Source: Octopus bimaculoides
Taxonomy: Eukaryota
DNA length: 64,000 nucleotides
Reading direction: 5' to 3'
Assembly (NCBI RefSeq): GCF_001194135.2
Contig: NC_069000.1
Location: 10,008,254 to 10,072,253, forward strand
Made by a program: the position numbers and the translations under genes. Of this stretch, positions 58,201 to 64,000 are shown piece after piece (the first letter of the stretch is position 1; each line of letters starts with the position of its first letter). The notes under the pieces were generated by a model. The model made no database searches. It saw only the letters and a list, made by a program, of their open reading frames with translations, and was not told where the DNA came from.

Positions 58201-58542
58201 ACCCGATTCTGGTTCATTGTTTGAGTTCTTCACATTCATTCTGTCTTTGTATGAAGGATACATGGAATCTGGTGACTTTTCATATGTGATTTTAGATGAA
58301 AGTTTCTCAGCAGAATCATAACGCATGTTTTTCAAAGGACTTCTTCGATTTGAGCCAGAGTCAATCTCAGCCTGGTCACTGACTTGGTTTTCAGTTTCGC
58401 AAGAGTCCTGCAAATGAAGAAGAAACAATATGAAATTATAAACCAGCAAGGGAATTATTCAATTTGAGTGAATGTAAAGAACAAACGAAATGCTGCTAAG
58501 CATTTTGCCTGGCATGCTTACAATTTTGACTGCTCAGTACCT

Positions 58543-58574
<32 letters not shown>

Positions 58575-59861
58575 ACAGCAACAACAACAATAGAGCAAAA
58601 CCAATTTCAGACAAATTTACTTTTATATCTTTTTACATCTATAAATTCATTGGTGGCAATAAATTTCCAATGGGTAAGTCACTGGTTTATTGCAATTGTG
58701 ATGGTGAGTGTGACAAGCAGATATCTGTGCAACTCAAGCAGAATACCACAAAAGGTAATTTGTTTGATGAAGGTTTGTGGCTTAATGGTTGGGATGTTGC
58801 AGCTTCAATACCTGGAGCAAACAGTGTGTTGGGTTCTTAAGCAAAACGTTTCATTTCCCTTCACTCCAGTTCACTCAACTACGAATGAGTATGATATAGC
58901 TGAACGCCTCAATGCTGTAGATCAGGGATCTGTATAAGATTTTGGGGGGTCCTCACAAGCAAAGTAGTAAATTAGGGATTCACAGTAATATTTTAAGGGC
59001 TCATGAAAATTTTTTGCATTAGATGTATTTATTGCAAGAAACAGCTAGGTTTCATTCTCTGAGATTTTACATATGTTAGGGTGCCGGGTGAAATGCTTAG
59101 CGGTATTTCATCTGTCTTTACGTTCTGAGTTCAAATTCTGCTAAGGTCAACTTTGCCTTTCAATCTTTCGGGGTCGATTAAATAAGTACCAGTTACGCAC
59201 TGGGGTCAATGTAATCAACTTAATCCCTTTGTCTGTCCTTGTTTGTCCCCTCTATGTTTAGCCCCCTGTGGGCAATAAAGAAATAAAATATGCTTCCAGC
59301 CACTGAAACATATTCTTTCAAAAAGTGTTATTAGAAATTCACACAAGTGGAAGTGTGAAAAACGGTGTAGGAATTTTGAAAGAAATATCTATAAAATTAC
59401 TTTTTAATCCTTTAGTATTCGGATTATTCTGCCAAAATTTAATGCTTATTTATTCAAATTGTCTTGAATTAATCATGCATTATCTTGCCGCTTCAAGATT
59501 TTGATGATGTGATTGTTCATTCATAGAATACCTTTATAGGGTAGGCGTGAAAGGCTGGAACTGGCTGATTTGGACGTTAAACAGGTAGAATATTTTGGCA
59601 GGTCATGGTCAGTTTAAATGCTAATAAATAAACATCAGATGGCTAGGGGAGGAGGGGGTCCATCAGAATAAAATGGTAACCAAAGAGGTCCATAAATAAA
59701 ATAAAAAAAAGGGGTTGACAACCACTACTGTAAATGGTAAAACTTACCAAAGTTGTGGTATCAGAAACTGATGAGTTCTGATTCTGTACAGGCTCTTCAC
59801 ATACATCTCTCGGGGTCGTACTGCTGCATTCTACAATGGAGGTTTCTTCACATGGTAATCT
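259..59861 (-). CDS. NUGGC: Multi-exon gene (19 exons in window, partial at both ends): NUGGC/SLIP-GC-like dynamin-superfamily nuclear GTPase with very long disordered N-terminal extension, 2,375 codons in window
   Basis: Exons in transcript order: 59861-59748, 58407-56103, 52232-50246, 49023-48940, 48071-47846, 46122-45901, 45146-44952, 44178-43997, 43103-42890, 41886-41770, 41288-41169, 40407-40105, 39174-39016, 38263-38063, 36487-36318, 32379-32220, 29073-28990, 9244-9086, 382-259. All introns are GT-AG and phases match at all 18 junctions. Family motifs recognised: [142 protein letters not shown]. Confidence 0.9.
627..854 (-). mobile_element. tRNA-derived SINE (family A, Meta-domain-like core) with perfect target-site duplication
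   Basis: On the minus strand: A-box-like TGGCAGAAATGTTAGC, B-box GAGTTCAAATTCC, core CTTTGCCTTTCATCCTTTCGGGGTCGATTAAATAAG. Flanked by CCTTATCTAAGTGT at 613-626 and 853-866. Confidence 0.85.
1740..2140 (+). mobile_element. tRNA-derived SINE (family B, CORE-like, internal (TA)/(TG) linker)
   Basis: Head GGCACAGGCATAGCCATGTGG...GGGTTCAGTCCC, then TTGGGGCAAGT...CTACTATAGCCTC and the shared 3' body. Many related copies occur in the window. Confidence 0.8.
5176..5400 (+). mobile_element. tRNA-derived SINE (family D, V/Nin-like core)
   Basis: GGCACATGGCTTAGTGGTCAAGGC head, GTTTTGATTCCC B-box, CCAGTCCACTCAGCTGGCAAAAATGAGT and GACCAGCATCCCATCCAGG core. Related copies at ~16877-17160(+), 26822-27036(-), 39273-39520(+), 49890-50102(-), 58775-58915(+). 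Confidence 0.7.
6400..6570. repeat. (GA)n grading into degenerate (GAGT)n/(GGAGT)n purine-rich repeat
   Basis: Directly visible. Confidence 0.8.
7740..8086. other. Assembly gap (representative). Others at about 3930-3991, 10769-11016, 11572-11687, 14355-14638, 19084-19301, 26401-26572, 27893-28049, 33994-34003, 48191-48260, 60989-61122
   Basis: Runs of N, mostly flanked by (TA)n/(CA)n, and one by poly-G. Confidence 0.98.
8088..8398 (+). mobile_element. Family B SINE, 3' part next to an assembly gap
   Basis: Close to the family consensus: CTACTATAGCCTCGGGCCGACCAAGGCCTTGTGAGTGGATTTGGTAGAC...GGCGGTGCTCCAGCATGGCTGCAGTCAAATGACTGAAACAAGTAAAAGAG. Confidence 0.85.
9086..9244 (-). CDS. NUGGC: Exon 18, [53 protein letters not shown]
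   Basis: CAG acceptor, GTGGGT donor, phase 0/0; Y-x7-GxGxFxRxK...MFxxA family block. Preceded by a 19.7-kb intron. Confidence 0.9.
9630..10155. mobile_element. Foldback/MITE-like element with ~230-bp imperfect inverted arms and a 62-bp spacer
   Basis: Left arm 9630-9859 is the reverse complement of right arm 9922-10155 (e.g. AACAGCTGTTTCTGGG / CCCAGAAACAGCTGTT). TA lies at both outer ends. Confidence 0.85.
11148..11390 (-). mobile_element. SINE family C (RTE-like 3' tail)
   Basis: Shares TTCTACAGCTGGATGCCCTTCCTAACGCCAACCACT with copies at 23650-23848(+), 36590-36752(+), 38450-38660(-), 54063-54570(-) and 60069-60240(-). Plus-strand copies end in ACCCATGCTAGCATGGAAAGCGGA...TTAAA(TGA)n. Confidence 0.75.
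12325..12870 (-). mobile_element. Unclassified ~550-bp dispersed repeat ending in an (AAT)n tail
   Basis: Its 3' end recurs at 37545-37607(+) (CATGATGGGTATACTGGGCTTTG..TATTTTGCCCCAGTGTCACTTTGATGG), and both copies are followed by AAT/TAA repeats. Confidence 0.55.
15508..15950 (-). mobile_element. Family B SINE, near full length
   Basis: Same modules as 1740-2140 in reverse. Other minus-strand copies at ~13460-13997, 33815-34195, 36760-37050, 46437-46820, 48288-48583, 49585-49730, 61165-61510. Confidence 0.8.
19676..19983. mobile_element. 308-bp MITE-like foldback with a perfect 20-bp terminal inverted repeat
   Basis: ATGCAGACCAAATTAATCTA (19676-19695) / TAGATTAATTTGGTCTGCAT (19964-19983); subterminal CTCCCTGT/ACAGGGAG; pyrimidine-rich left half and purine-rich right half. 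Confidence 0.75.
20177..20440. mobile_element. hAT-like non-autonomous element
   Basis: Ends CAATGGTTCTCAAC / ATTGAGAAGCACTG resemble CAGTGGTTCTCAAC-type hAT TIRs. The 8-bp flanks match only 5/8. Related internal sequence at ~58925-59080. Confidence 0.55.
21442..21661. mobile_element. piggyBac-type MITE (220 bp) with TTAA target-site duplication
   Basis: TTAA|CCCTTTAG ... CTAAAGGG|TTAA (TTAA at 21438-21441 and 21662-21665). Decayed relatives at ~45340-45445 and ~59403-59622. Confidence 0.85.
22456..22932. repeat. Three tandem copies of a 167-bp unit (third copy carries a ~20-bp deletion)
   Basis: Unit starts at 22456, 22623 and 22790. Shared motifs: ACATTATCTAAT..GTCCTTCTTT, GATGTAATTTGGCTGCTGTTTCTAGC, ACCACAAACAGGC, AGAGTGGATCA. 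Confidence 0.75.
24356..24800 (+). mobile_element. Family B SINE head plus a second module, with microsatellite linker
   Basis: GGCACAAGTATAGCTGTGTGGTTAAGAAGGCTGCTTCCCAACCACGTGGTTTTGGGTTCAGTCCC head. Confidence 0.65.
25807..26081 (+). mobile_element. 5'-truncated non-LTR retrotransposon remnant, C-terminus of a restriction-like endonuclease (RLE; NeSL/R4/CRE-type) ORF, pseudogenised
   Basis: CPADISL / frameshift / [82 protein letters not shown]. This matches the CP...K..K...Y...PI..GALG...LQ....GT.KI pattern of RLE elements. Confidence 0.75.
28990..29073 (-). CDS. NUGGC: Exon 17, [28 protein letters not shown]
   Basis: TTTTACAG acceptor, GTAAGT donor, phase 0/0; QREISR motif. Confidence 0.92.
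29455..29835 (+). mobile_element. tRNA-derived SINE, long family D-related variant
   Basis: GGCCCAGTGGTTAGAGCAGCAGACTC...GGTTTCGATTCCCAGACTGGG tRNA-like head, followed by a non-tRNA body partly shared with 16877-17160. Confidence 0.75.
31597..32085. repeat. Decayed ~10-bp minisatellite (consensus ~TACAATATAGA / TACAACATAGA)
   Basis: Recurrent ACAATATAG, ACAACATAG and GCAATATAG words over ~490 bp with strong A skew. Confidence 0.6.
32220..32379 (-). CDS. NUGGC: Exon 16, [21 protein letters not shown]...LMASLHTK
   Basis: CAG acceptor, GTAAGC donor, phase 2/0, helical pattern. Confidence 0.87.
32573..32779 (-). mobile_element. Family A SINE
   Basis: Highly similar to 627-854 with an internal deletion. 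Other copies at ~21775-21915(+), 34250-34465(-), 38703-38885(-), 48770-48905(-), 59083-59286(+). Confidence 0.8.
36318..36487 (-). CDS. NUGGC: Exon 15, [56 protein letters not shown](G)
   Basis: Not in the ORF track. T-run CAG acceptor, GTAAGA donor, phase 0/2; contains the conserved GLHxxTYxAxVRRxG...DFNExLxEP C-terminal block. Confidence 0.95.
37638..38022 (+). mobile_element. 5'-truncated R4/Dong-like non-LTR retrotransposon inserted in a (TAA)n microsatellite
   Basis: 62 intact codons [62 protein letters not shown] (stop 37824-37826), ~200-bp 3' UTR, (TAA)n on both sides (37608-37637, 38023-38046). Confidence 0.8.
38063..38263 (-). CDS. NUGGC: Exon 14, [12 protein letters not shown]...TAAKWCSP (helical stalk)
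   Basis: CAG acceptor, GTGAGC donor, 201 nt, phase 0/0. Confidence 0.9.
39016..39174 (-). CDS. NUGGC: Exon 13, [53 protein letters not shown]
   Basis: AAG acceptor, GTAAAT donor, phase 0/0; S-x-IP-x-L motif closing the G domain. Confidence 0.92.
40105..40407 (-). CDS. NUGGC: Exon 12, acidic/poly-Asn loop followed by [15 protein letters not shown]...DGPAQ
   Basis: TAG acceptor after a long T tract, GTAAGT donor, 303 nt, phase 0/0; VFCVSS (G5 region) motif; 23 consecutive Asn codons. Confidence 0.92.
40216..40284 (-). repeat. Coding (AAC/AAT)23 microsatellite, poly-Asn
   Basis: 69 bp of AAC/AAT codons inside exon 12. Confidence 0.9.
41169..41288 (-). CDS. NUGGC: Exon 11, [40 protein letters not shown]
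   Basis: CAG acceptor, GTAAGT donor, phase 0/0; RNEYSK...DFxAG family motif. Confidence 0.93.
41770..41886 (-). CDS. NUGGC: Exon 10, [39 protein letters not shown]
   Basis: TTCTAG acceptor, GTAATT donor, 117 nt open, phase 0/0, coiled-coil composition. Confidence 0.88.
42890..43103 (-). CDS. NUGGC: Exon 9, coiled-coil insertion (SLELEESF...EESESSE)
   Basis: CAG acceptor, GTATGT donor, 214 nt, phase 2/0, heptad-like E/K/L/I/A-rich sequence. Confidence 0.9.
43997..44178 (-). CDS. NUGGC: Exon 8, G4 motif TKSD (44034-44023)
   Basis: [60 protein letters not shown](R); CAG acceptor, GTAAGT donor, phase 0/2. Confidence 0.96.
44239..44900 (-). mobile_element. Three head-to-tail family A SINE copies separated by (AAT)n, filling intron 7
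   Basis: Copies at ~44239-44428, 44450-44628 and 44683-44900, each with TTGACCCC.AAAGGATG.AAGGCAAAGTC..CCT.GC.GAA.TTGAAC.CAG. Confidence 0.75.
44952..45146 (-). CDS. NUGGC: Exon 7, G3 motif DLPG (45005-44994)
   Basis: [65 protein letters not shown]; CAG acceptor, GTAAGT donor, phase 0/0. Confidence 0.96.
45901..46122 (-). CDS. NUGGC: Exon 6, [14 protein letters not shown]...[12 protein letters not shown]
   Basis: T-run TAG acceptor, GTTAGA donor, 222 nt open, phase 0/0. EWxxELxxL follows FLS-x-E as expected for the family. Confidence 0.92.
47846..48071 (-). CDS. NUGGC: Exon 5, P-loop G1 (GDTGAGKS, 48010-47987) and G2 (RACTA)
   Basis: [75 protein letters not shown]; TAG acceptor, GTAAGT donor, phase 2/0. 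Confidence 0.96.
48940..49023 (-). CDS. NUGGC: Exon 4, (K)[27 protein letters not shown](L), helix preceding the G domain
   Basis: TTTCAG acceptor, GTGAGT donor, 84 nt, phase 2/2. Confidence 0.88.
50246..52232 (-). CDS. NUGGC: Exon 3, 1,987-nt acidic/low-complexity exon ([10 protein letters not shown]...EASQIP)
   Basis: 661 uninterrupted internal codons (ORF 50191-52200 extends upstream to a TTTCTTTAG acceptor at 52233-52235). GTATGT donor at 50245-50240, phase 1/2, joins in frame to exon 4. Confidence 0.88.
53668..53810 (-). CDS. Candidate alternative terminal exon encoding [47 protein letters not shown]-stop (hydrophobic tail)
   Basis: T10-CTATTAG acceptor (53811-53827), phase 1 matching the exon 2 donor, TAA at 53670-53668, AATAAA on the minus strand at 53515-53510. 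No transcript evidence is available here. Confidence 0.4.
54063..54570 (-). mobile_element. Long family C SINE with internally repeated TTTACGTGCCACC modules
   Basis: Complete 3' tail CATCATTTAACGTCCGCTTTCCATGCTAGCATGGGTT; about four diverged ACGTGCCAC repeats between 54216 and 54430. Confidence 0.7.
56103..58407 (-). CDS. NUGGC: Exon 2, 2,305-nt low-complexity S/D/N/P-rich exon (DSCETENQ...RDPSNL)
   Basis: 768 uninterrupted codons in AT-rich DNA (ORF 55786-58449). CAG acceptor at 58408-58410, GTAAGT donor at 56102-56097, phase 0/1. Coding status is strong; membership of the GTPase gene is inferred from phase. Confidence 0.8.
59748..59861 (-). CDS. NUGGC: Exon 1 (in-window numbering), [38 protein letters not shown]
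   Basis: Polypyrimidine tract plus CAG acceptor (59862-59864), GTAAGT donor (59747-59742), 114 nt open, phase 0/0, S/T/E-rich like the next exon. No ATG, so further exons should lie upstream. Confidence 0.6.
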
Positions 59862-60039
59862 CTGCGGAAGAAAAAGAAAACAACAATCCTCATCATCATC
59901 ATCATCAGCATCATATTCATCATCAACATTTACTATATTTTTATAATATTTTCTTCTAGTGTTCTGTTTGTTTTGCTGCAACACATGGGTTGTCTTTGGA
60001 TGGTCCCAGCAGCACTTTTTTTTTTTTTTTTTTGAAATT

Positions 60040-60094
60040 AGATTGGAGCCTGGTGTAGCCTTCTGGTTCAGAAGGCTACACCAGGCTCCAATCT
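60040..60094. repeat. Perfect 26-bp inverted repeat with a 3-nt spacer
   Basis: AGATTGGAGCCTGGTGTAGCCTTCTG-GTT-CAGAAGGCTACACCAGGCTCCAATCT. Confidence 0.92.
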
Positions 60095-62950
60095 GATTTG
60101 GCAGAGTTTCTACAGCTGGATGCCCTTCCTAACGCCAACCACTCTGAGAGTGTAGTGGGTGCTTTTACGTGCCACCCGCACGAAGGCCAGTCAGGCGATA
60201 CTGGCAACGGCCACACTCAAAATGGTGTATTTTACATGAGCCTGAACAAAAAGACAGGACATTCATGACTGGAATGTCTTTGATCTCAGGTCAATGGAGG
60301 CTGAACTGATATTAAACAACAACTTTTTGAAAACCGATAAAGTTGCTGGTATTGTTGCTGTCCGTTTATTACTAACACACAAGTGTGATATGGCAACAGT
60401 ATCAAATATCATATGTTATTATCATTATTGTTGTTGCTACTGTTTTTCATATGATGAGTGTGGCAGAAGTAATCACATAGGTTACCAGCTAACGACTGAG
60501 AAATGAAATGAAATGGAATATGGCTTTGGTATGAATCAACAGAAGATTAATAGATACTTCGTTAATAGGATATCAGCTGGTAGTTCAGAAAATAATGATG
60601 GGAGAAAGAGAAAATAAAAAGACTGACTTTTTCCAAAGACAGGATGAGAAAACAATATTTAGTATAAAAACAAAGAAAGAAAAGACAAAAAAAAACCAAC
60701 TTTGTATAATAAACACTTGTTTGTGACATTCTAAGTGTGACATTGTTGTATTATAAAATTGGTAGTTCCATCATCAACATCACCACTACCACTATGAGTA
60801 TCAGCATCACTTATCACTACAACTAGCGCCACCAACATCATCCACTGCTAGCATCAGTATCATTATCAACACCATCACTATACACATTATCAAACGATAA
60901 GGAAGCCAAGAGACTAAAAGTTATGTAGTTTTTAGCTTCAACTCTGAATGTACTAAGTTCAAATCCATCTTGTTGGTATAATAAAAGTNNNNNNNNNNNN
61001 NNNNNNNNNNNNNNNNNNNNNNNNNNNNNNNNNNNNNNNNNNNNNNNNNNNNNNNNNNNNNNNNNNNNNNNNNNNNNNNNNNNNNNNNNNNNNNNNNNNN
61101 NNNNNNNNNNNNNNNNNNNNNNATTACAAGGATTTGCTGTATTAGTGCATGGCCCTGAAATGTGCAAACACAGGGTTTTAGTCGAACAAATCGACCCCAG
61201 GACTTATTATTTTAAGCCTAGTACTTATTCTATCAGTCTCTTTGCTGAACTGCTGCTATGGGGACATAAACACACCAACACTGGTTGTCAAGCGGTGATG
61301 GGGTGACAAATACAGACACAAAGACACACACACACACATATATATATGATAGGCTTCTTTCAGTTTCCATCTACCAAATCCACTCACAAGGCTTTTGTCA
61401 GCCTGAGGCTATAGTAGAAGACATTCGCCCAAGGTGCCACATAGCAAGACTGAACCCAAGACCATGTGGTTGGGAAGCAAGCTTCTTATCACACAGCTAC
61501 GCCTGTGCCTCCAAATATTTTAATTTGAGAGCAAATATGGGAGACAACTGTGAACATGTTTCTGGCTTATTCAGTCCCACTGCTTGGCACCTTGAGCAAA
61601 TATCCTCTTCTATAGTTCTAAGATGACTAAATCCATATGGGGAAATATGGATAGAAGGAAACTAAAAATAAAAAAAAAATGGCTTTCTTTATAAGTGTGT
61701 GTCTCCTTGTTTTGTCATCATGTGCTAATTGTAAAAAATACTTCCCCATCATACAGTGATATTTCTTTCTAGTCTTCTGTGAAAAGGTATTTGGACCAGG
61801 GAGGAAAATATTACCTTGCTTTTGAAATAGGTGACAGTTAGCAACAGAAAGAGCATGCAGCCATATAAATTCTGCTCCCACAAATATCATCTGATCCATG
61901 CAAGAGAGAGAAGTGTAAAGTATGATGATGATGACTGTCTTACATGATGCAAATTGCTGCAAACAAAGCCTTGCTCTTTTAACTTACTTAAAATTCCTCT
62001 TAAAAGTTCAAGGCTTCCTTTGGGTTTAATCACAATACTTACTTATTCTACACACACATAATGGCAGTATTTCATACCTATTCAAAGCTGACAGGTATTA
62101 TGATTAAACAGAAAGAGAGCTTTCAGCTTTGTACAAGGAAATAAGGCAGTACTTGAGCAAGTCTTTTGTCTCAGAAAGTTGCAGCACTGACGAAGAATAT
62201 TTTTAACTTTTATCGTTCAAACAAGCTGGATATAGACACCATAAACACAGTATTATTTATTCAAACACAACTGTATCTTAACTGATTAACACGTTAGCTG
62301 AATTAAAGCTAACATATTTAATGAGAGATCGATAAAAAGCTAACTAAAACTAGTAAGATTATAATTCTTTAGAATTATGAAGAGTTATAATCTTACTGTT
62401 CACCTCATCTTTGGAAATGAAATATTAAAAAAAAATATTTTACATGTACAGTGCATCTCTATTAAGTTTCAACTCTGATTGTAATTGGGTGTCTTATTCA
62501 TGAATGTAATACAAGTGGGTGAGAGTTATCATGAGTTTAAGGATAAAGAATTTTAGATTGAATCCAGTGTAGTGCTATATAGAAATTCAAGAACAAGCGA
62601 GCCAATGGCGATTGAAAGTAGCAAAAGAAAACCAAACGGAACATTGTAGATATTAAAAAAAGGGTTGCACCTCCAACAATGAGTTTAGTAAATTTGAAAA
62701 CTTATAGTTATATCAACTCAGATATCTTTAATTTTTTATTTGTTTCAGTCAGTGAGTTGTGGTCATGCTGGGGCACAGCCATCATTGGTTTAAGTCAAAC
62801 AAATCAACTCTGGTGCCTAAGTTTTGTATAGGTCTGGTACATAGTCAACTGATCCCTTCTACTGAACTACTAAGTTAGAAGGACATAAATAAACCAACAC
62901 CAGTTATCAAATGGTAGTAGGGGATACACACACACACACACACACACATA

Positions 62951-63115
62951 TGAGGGGGTGCTGAAAATTTTTCCTGTCTTTGGGTAAAGGAAAATACAAG
63001 AGGATACATTAATTATGATTTTATTCAACATATTTCCCTCTTATTGCAGTGGTCCTTCAGTTTTTCTAAGCTCTGTAAAAGAACTCAGAAGGTTGGGCCT
63101 CCAACCAGGCCTTTC
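62951..63115 (+). mobile_element. Mariner-like terminal fragment nested in a family B SINE
   Basis: TA|TGAGGGGGTGCTGAAAATTTTCCTG...TTTTATTCAACATATTTCCCTC resembles mariner ends. The same terminus occurs at 41420-41446. Confidence 0.6.
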
Positions 63116-64000
63116 ACAATACCCTTCTACACAGTTTCCATCTATCAAACTCACAGGGCACTTGGCAATAAAAGATGACACCTGCCAATGGTATAGAGCA
63201 GTGGGACTGAACCTGAAACCACATTGCATAGCAAGCTTCCTAACCACCCAGCCATGCCTCTCCCTACATTTATATATTTTAAAAAACTAATACTAAGTAT
63301 GGGGTCTAGCAGACCACTAACTGTAGAAAAAACACCAATAGTTAATAATTTAATTTGAGAGCAAGTAAGGGAGACAACTCTGAACATGTTTCTATCTTAT
63401 CCAGACTGCGATGGCAAGATTTCAGCCTTCTACCTTTGATAGCAGTAAACAACACAGGGAGGAATCAACTTCTCTAATAGACCATTTGAATTGAATGCAC
63501 TGTCAACGTAGCTAATACCATTAGTAATTATGAATGTTAAGTGGTTGATAAGCAAAGAAAGAAGATGAGGCAGCCAAGTGACACTAGAGGCATTATTTTC
63601 GCATAAAAATAAAGCGACGAGAAAACAATGTCGGGTTAAACAAGTTTCTGGAAAACATTAGTCGGCGTGGAACTAGACAAAAGGCAGTAATGAAACTAAA
63701 GAAATGACACAAAGCACACACACACAACAAAAATACACAAAGACATAAAGTTTTATTCTGTTCTGAAGAGAAGTACTTATGGCTATCATGTGAGATCACA
63801 TGGTTAAAAATATATTTAACACTTTAGTAGTATTTCGTCATCATTATTTTGTCATTACAGTTCTGTAACAGATACATTAGTTATGTCTGGCAGTATTAGC
63901 GATACTGGAATGAAATGTGGATTAATCATTTCACTAACCCATTCCCCACTTACACACACACACACACACATACATACGCATGCACGCACGCACACCTTCT

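Noticed and set aside
50573-58321. Plus-strand ORFs 50573-51157, 51836-52138, 56177-56407, 57926-58321, and the poly-Leu ORF 40121-40420
   Set aside because: Antisense shadows of the low-complexity minus-strand exons.
60838-63799. Candidate upstream or first exons (ORFs 60838-61167 and 63593-63799)
   Set aside because: No convincing phase-0 donor with an open coding frame. The start exon is probably outside the window or in a gap.

Overview
AT-rich, microsatellite- and SINE-dense animal genomic DNA with about 11 N-gaps. The repeat families look like those of Octopus (coleoid cephalopod); this is an inference from recognition, not a database result. The window is dominated by one minus-strand gene that I assembled by hand into 19 GT-AG exons from 59861 down to 259 (7,126 nt, 2,375 codons, phase-consistent at every junction, start and stop both outside the window or not found). 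It encodes a NUGGC/SLIP-GC-family dynamin-like nuclear GTPase (G1 GDTGAGKS, G2 RACTA, G3 DLPG, G4 TKSD). The GTPase is preceded by an unusually long (at least ~1,470 aa) low-complexity N-terminal region carrying many SUMO-consensus sites, SIM-like motifs, acidic tracts and NLS-like patches; joining the first two exons to the rest is inferred from splice phase. A phase-compatible candidate alternative terminal exon (53668-53810) would give a GTPase-less, membrane tail-anchored isoform. The introns hold at least four tRNA-derived SINE families, two restriction-like-endonuclease LINE 3' remnants (one in a TAA microsatellite), piggyBac-, hAT- and mariner-type non-autonomous elements, long foldback elements and local duplications. 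I found no rRNA, real tRNA or CRISPR features. Exon boundaries were counted by hand; SINE boundaries are approximate.
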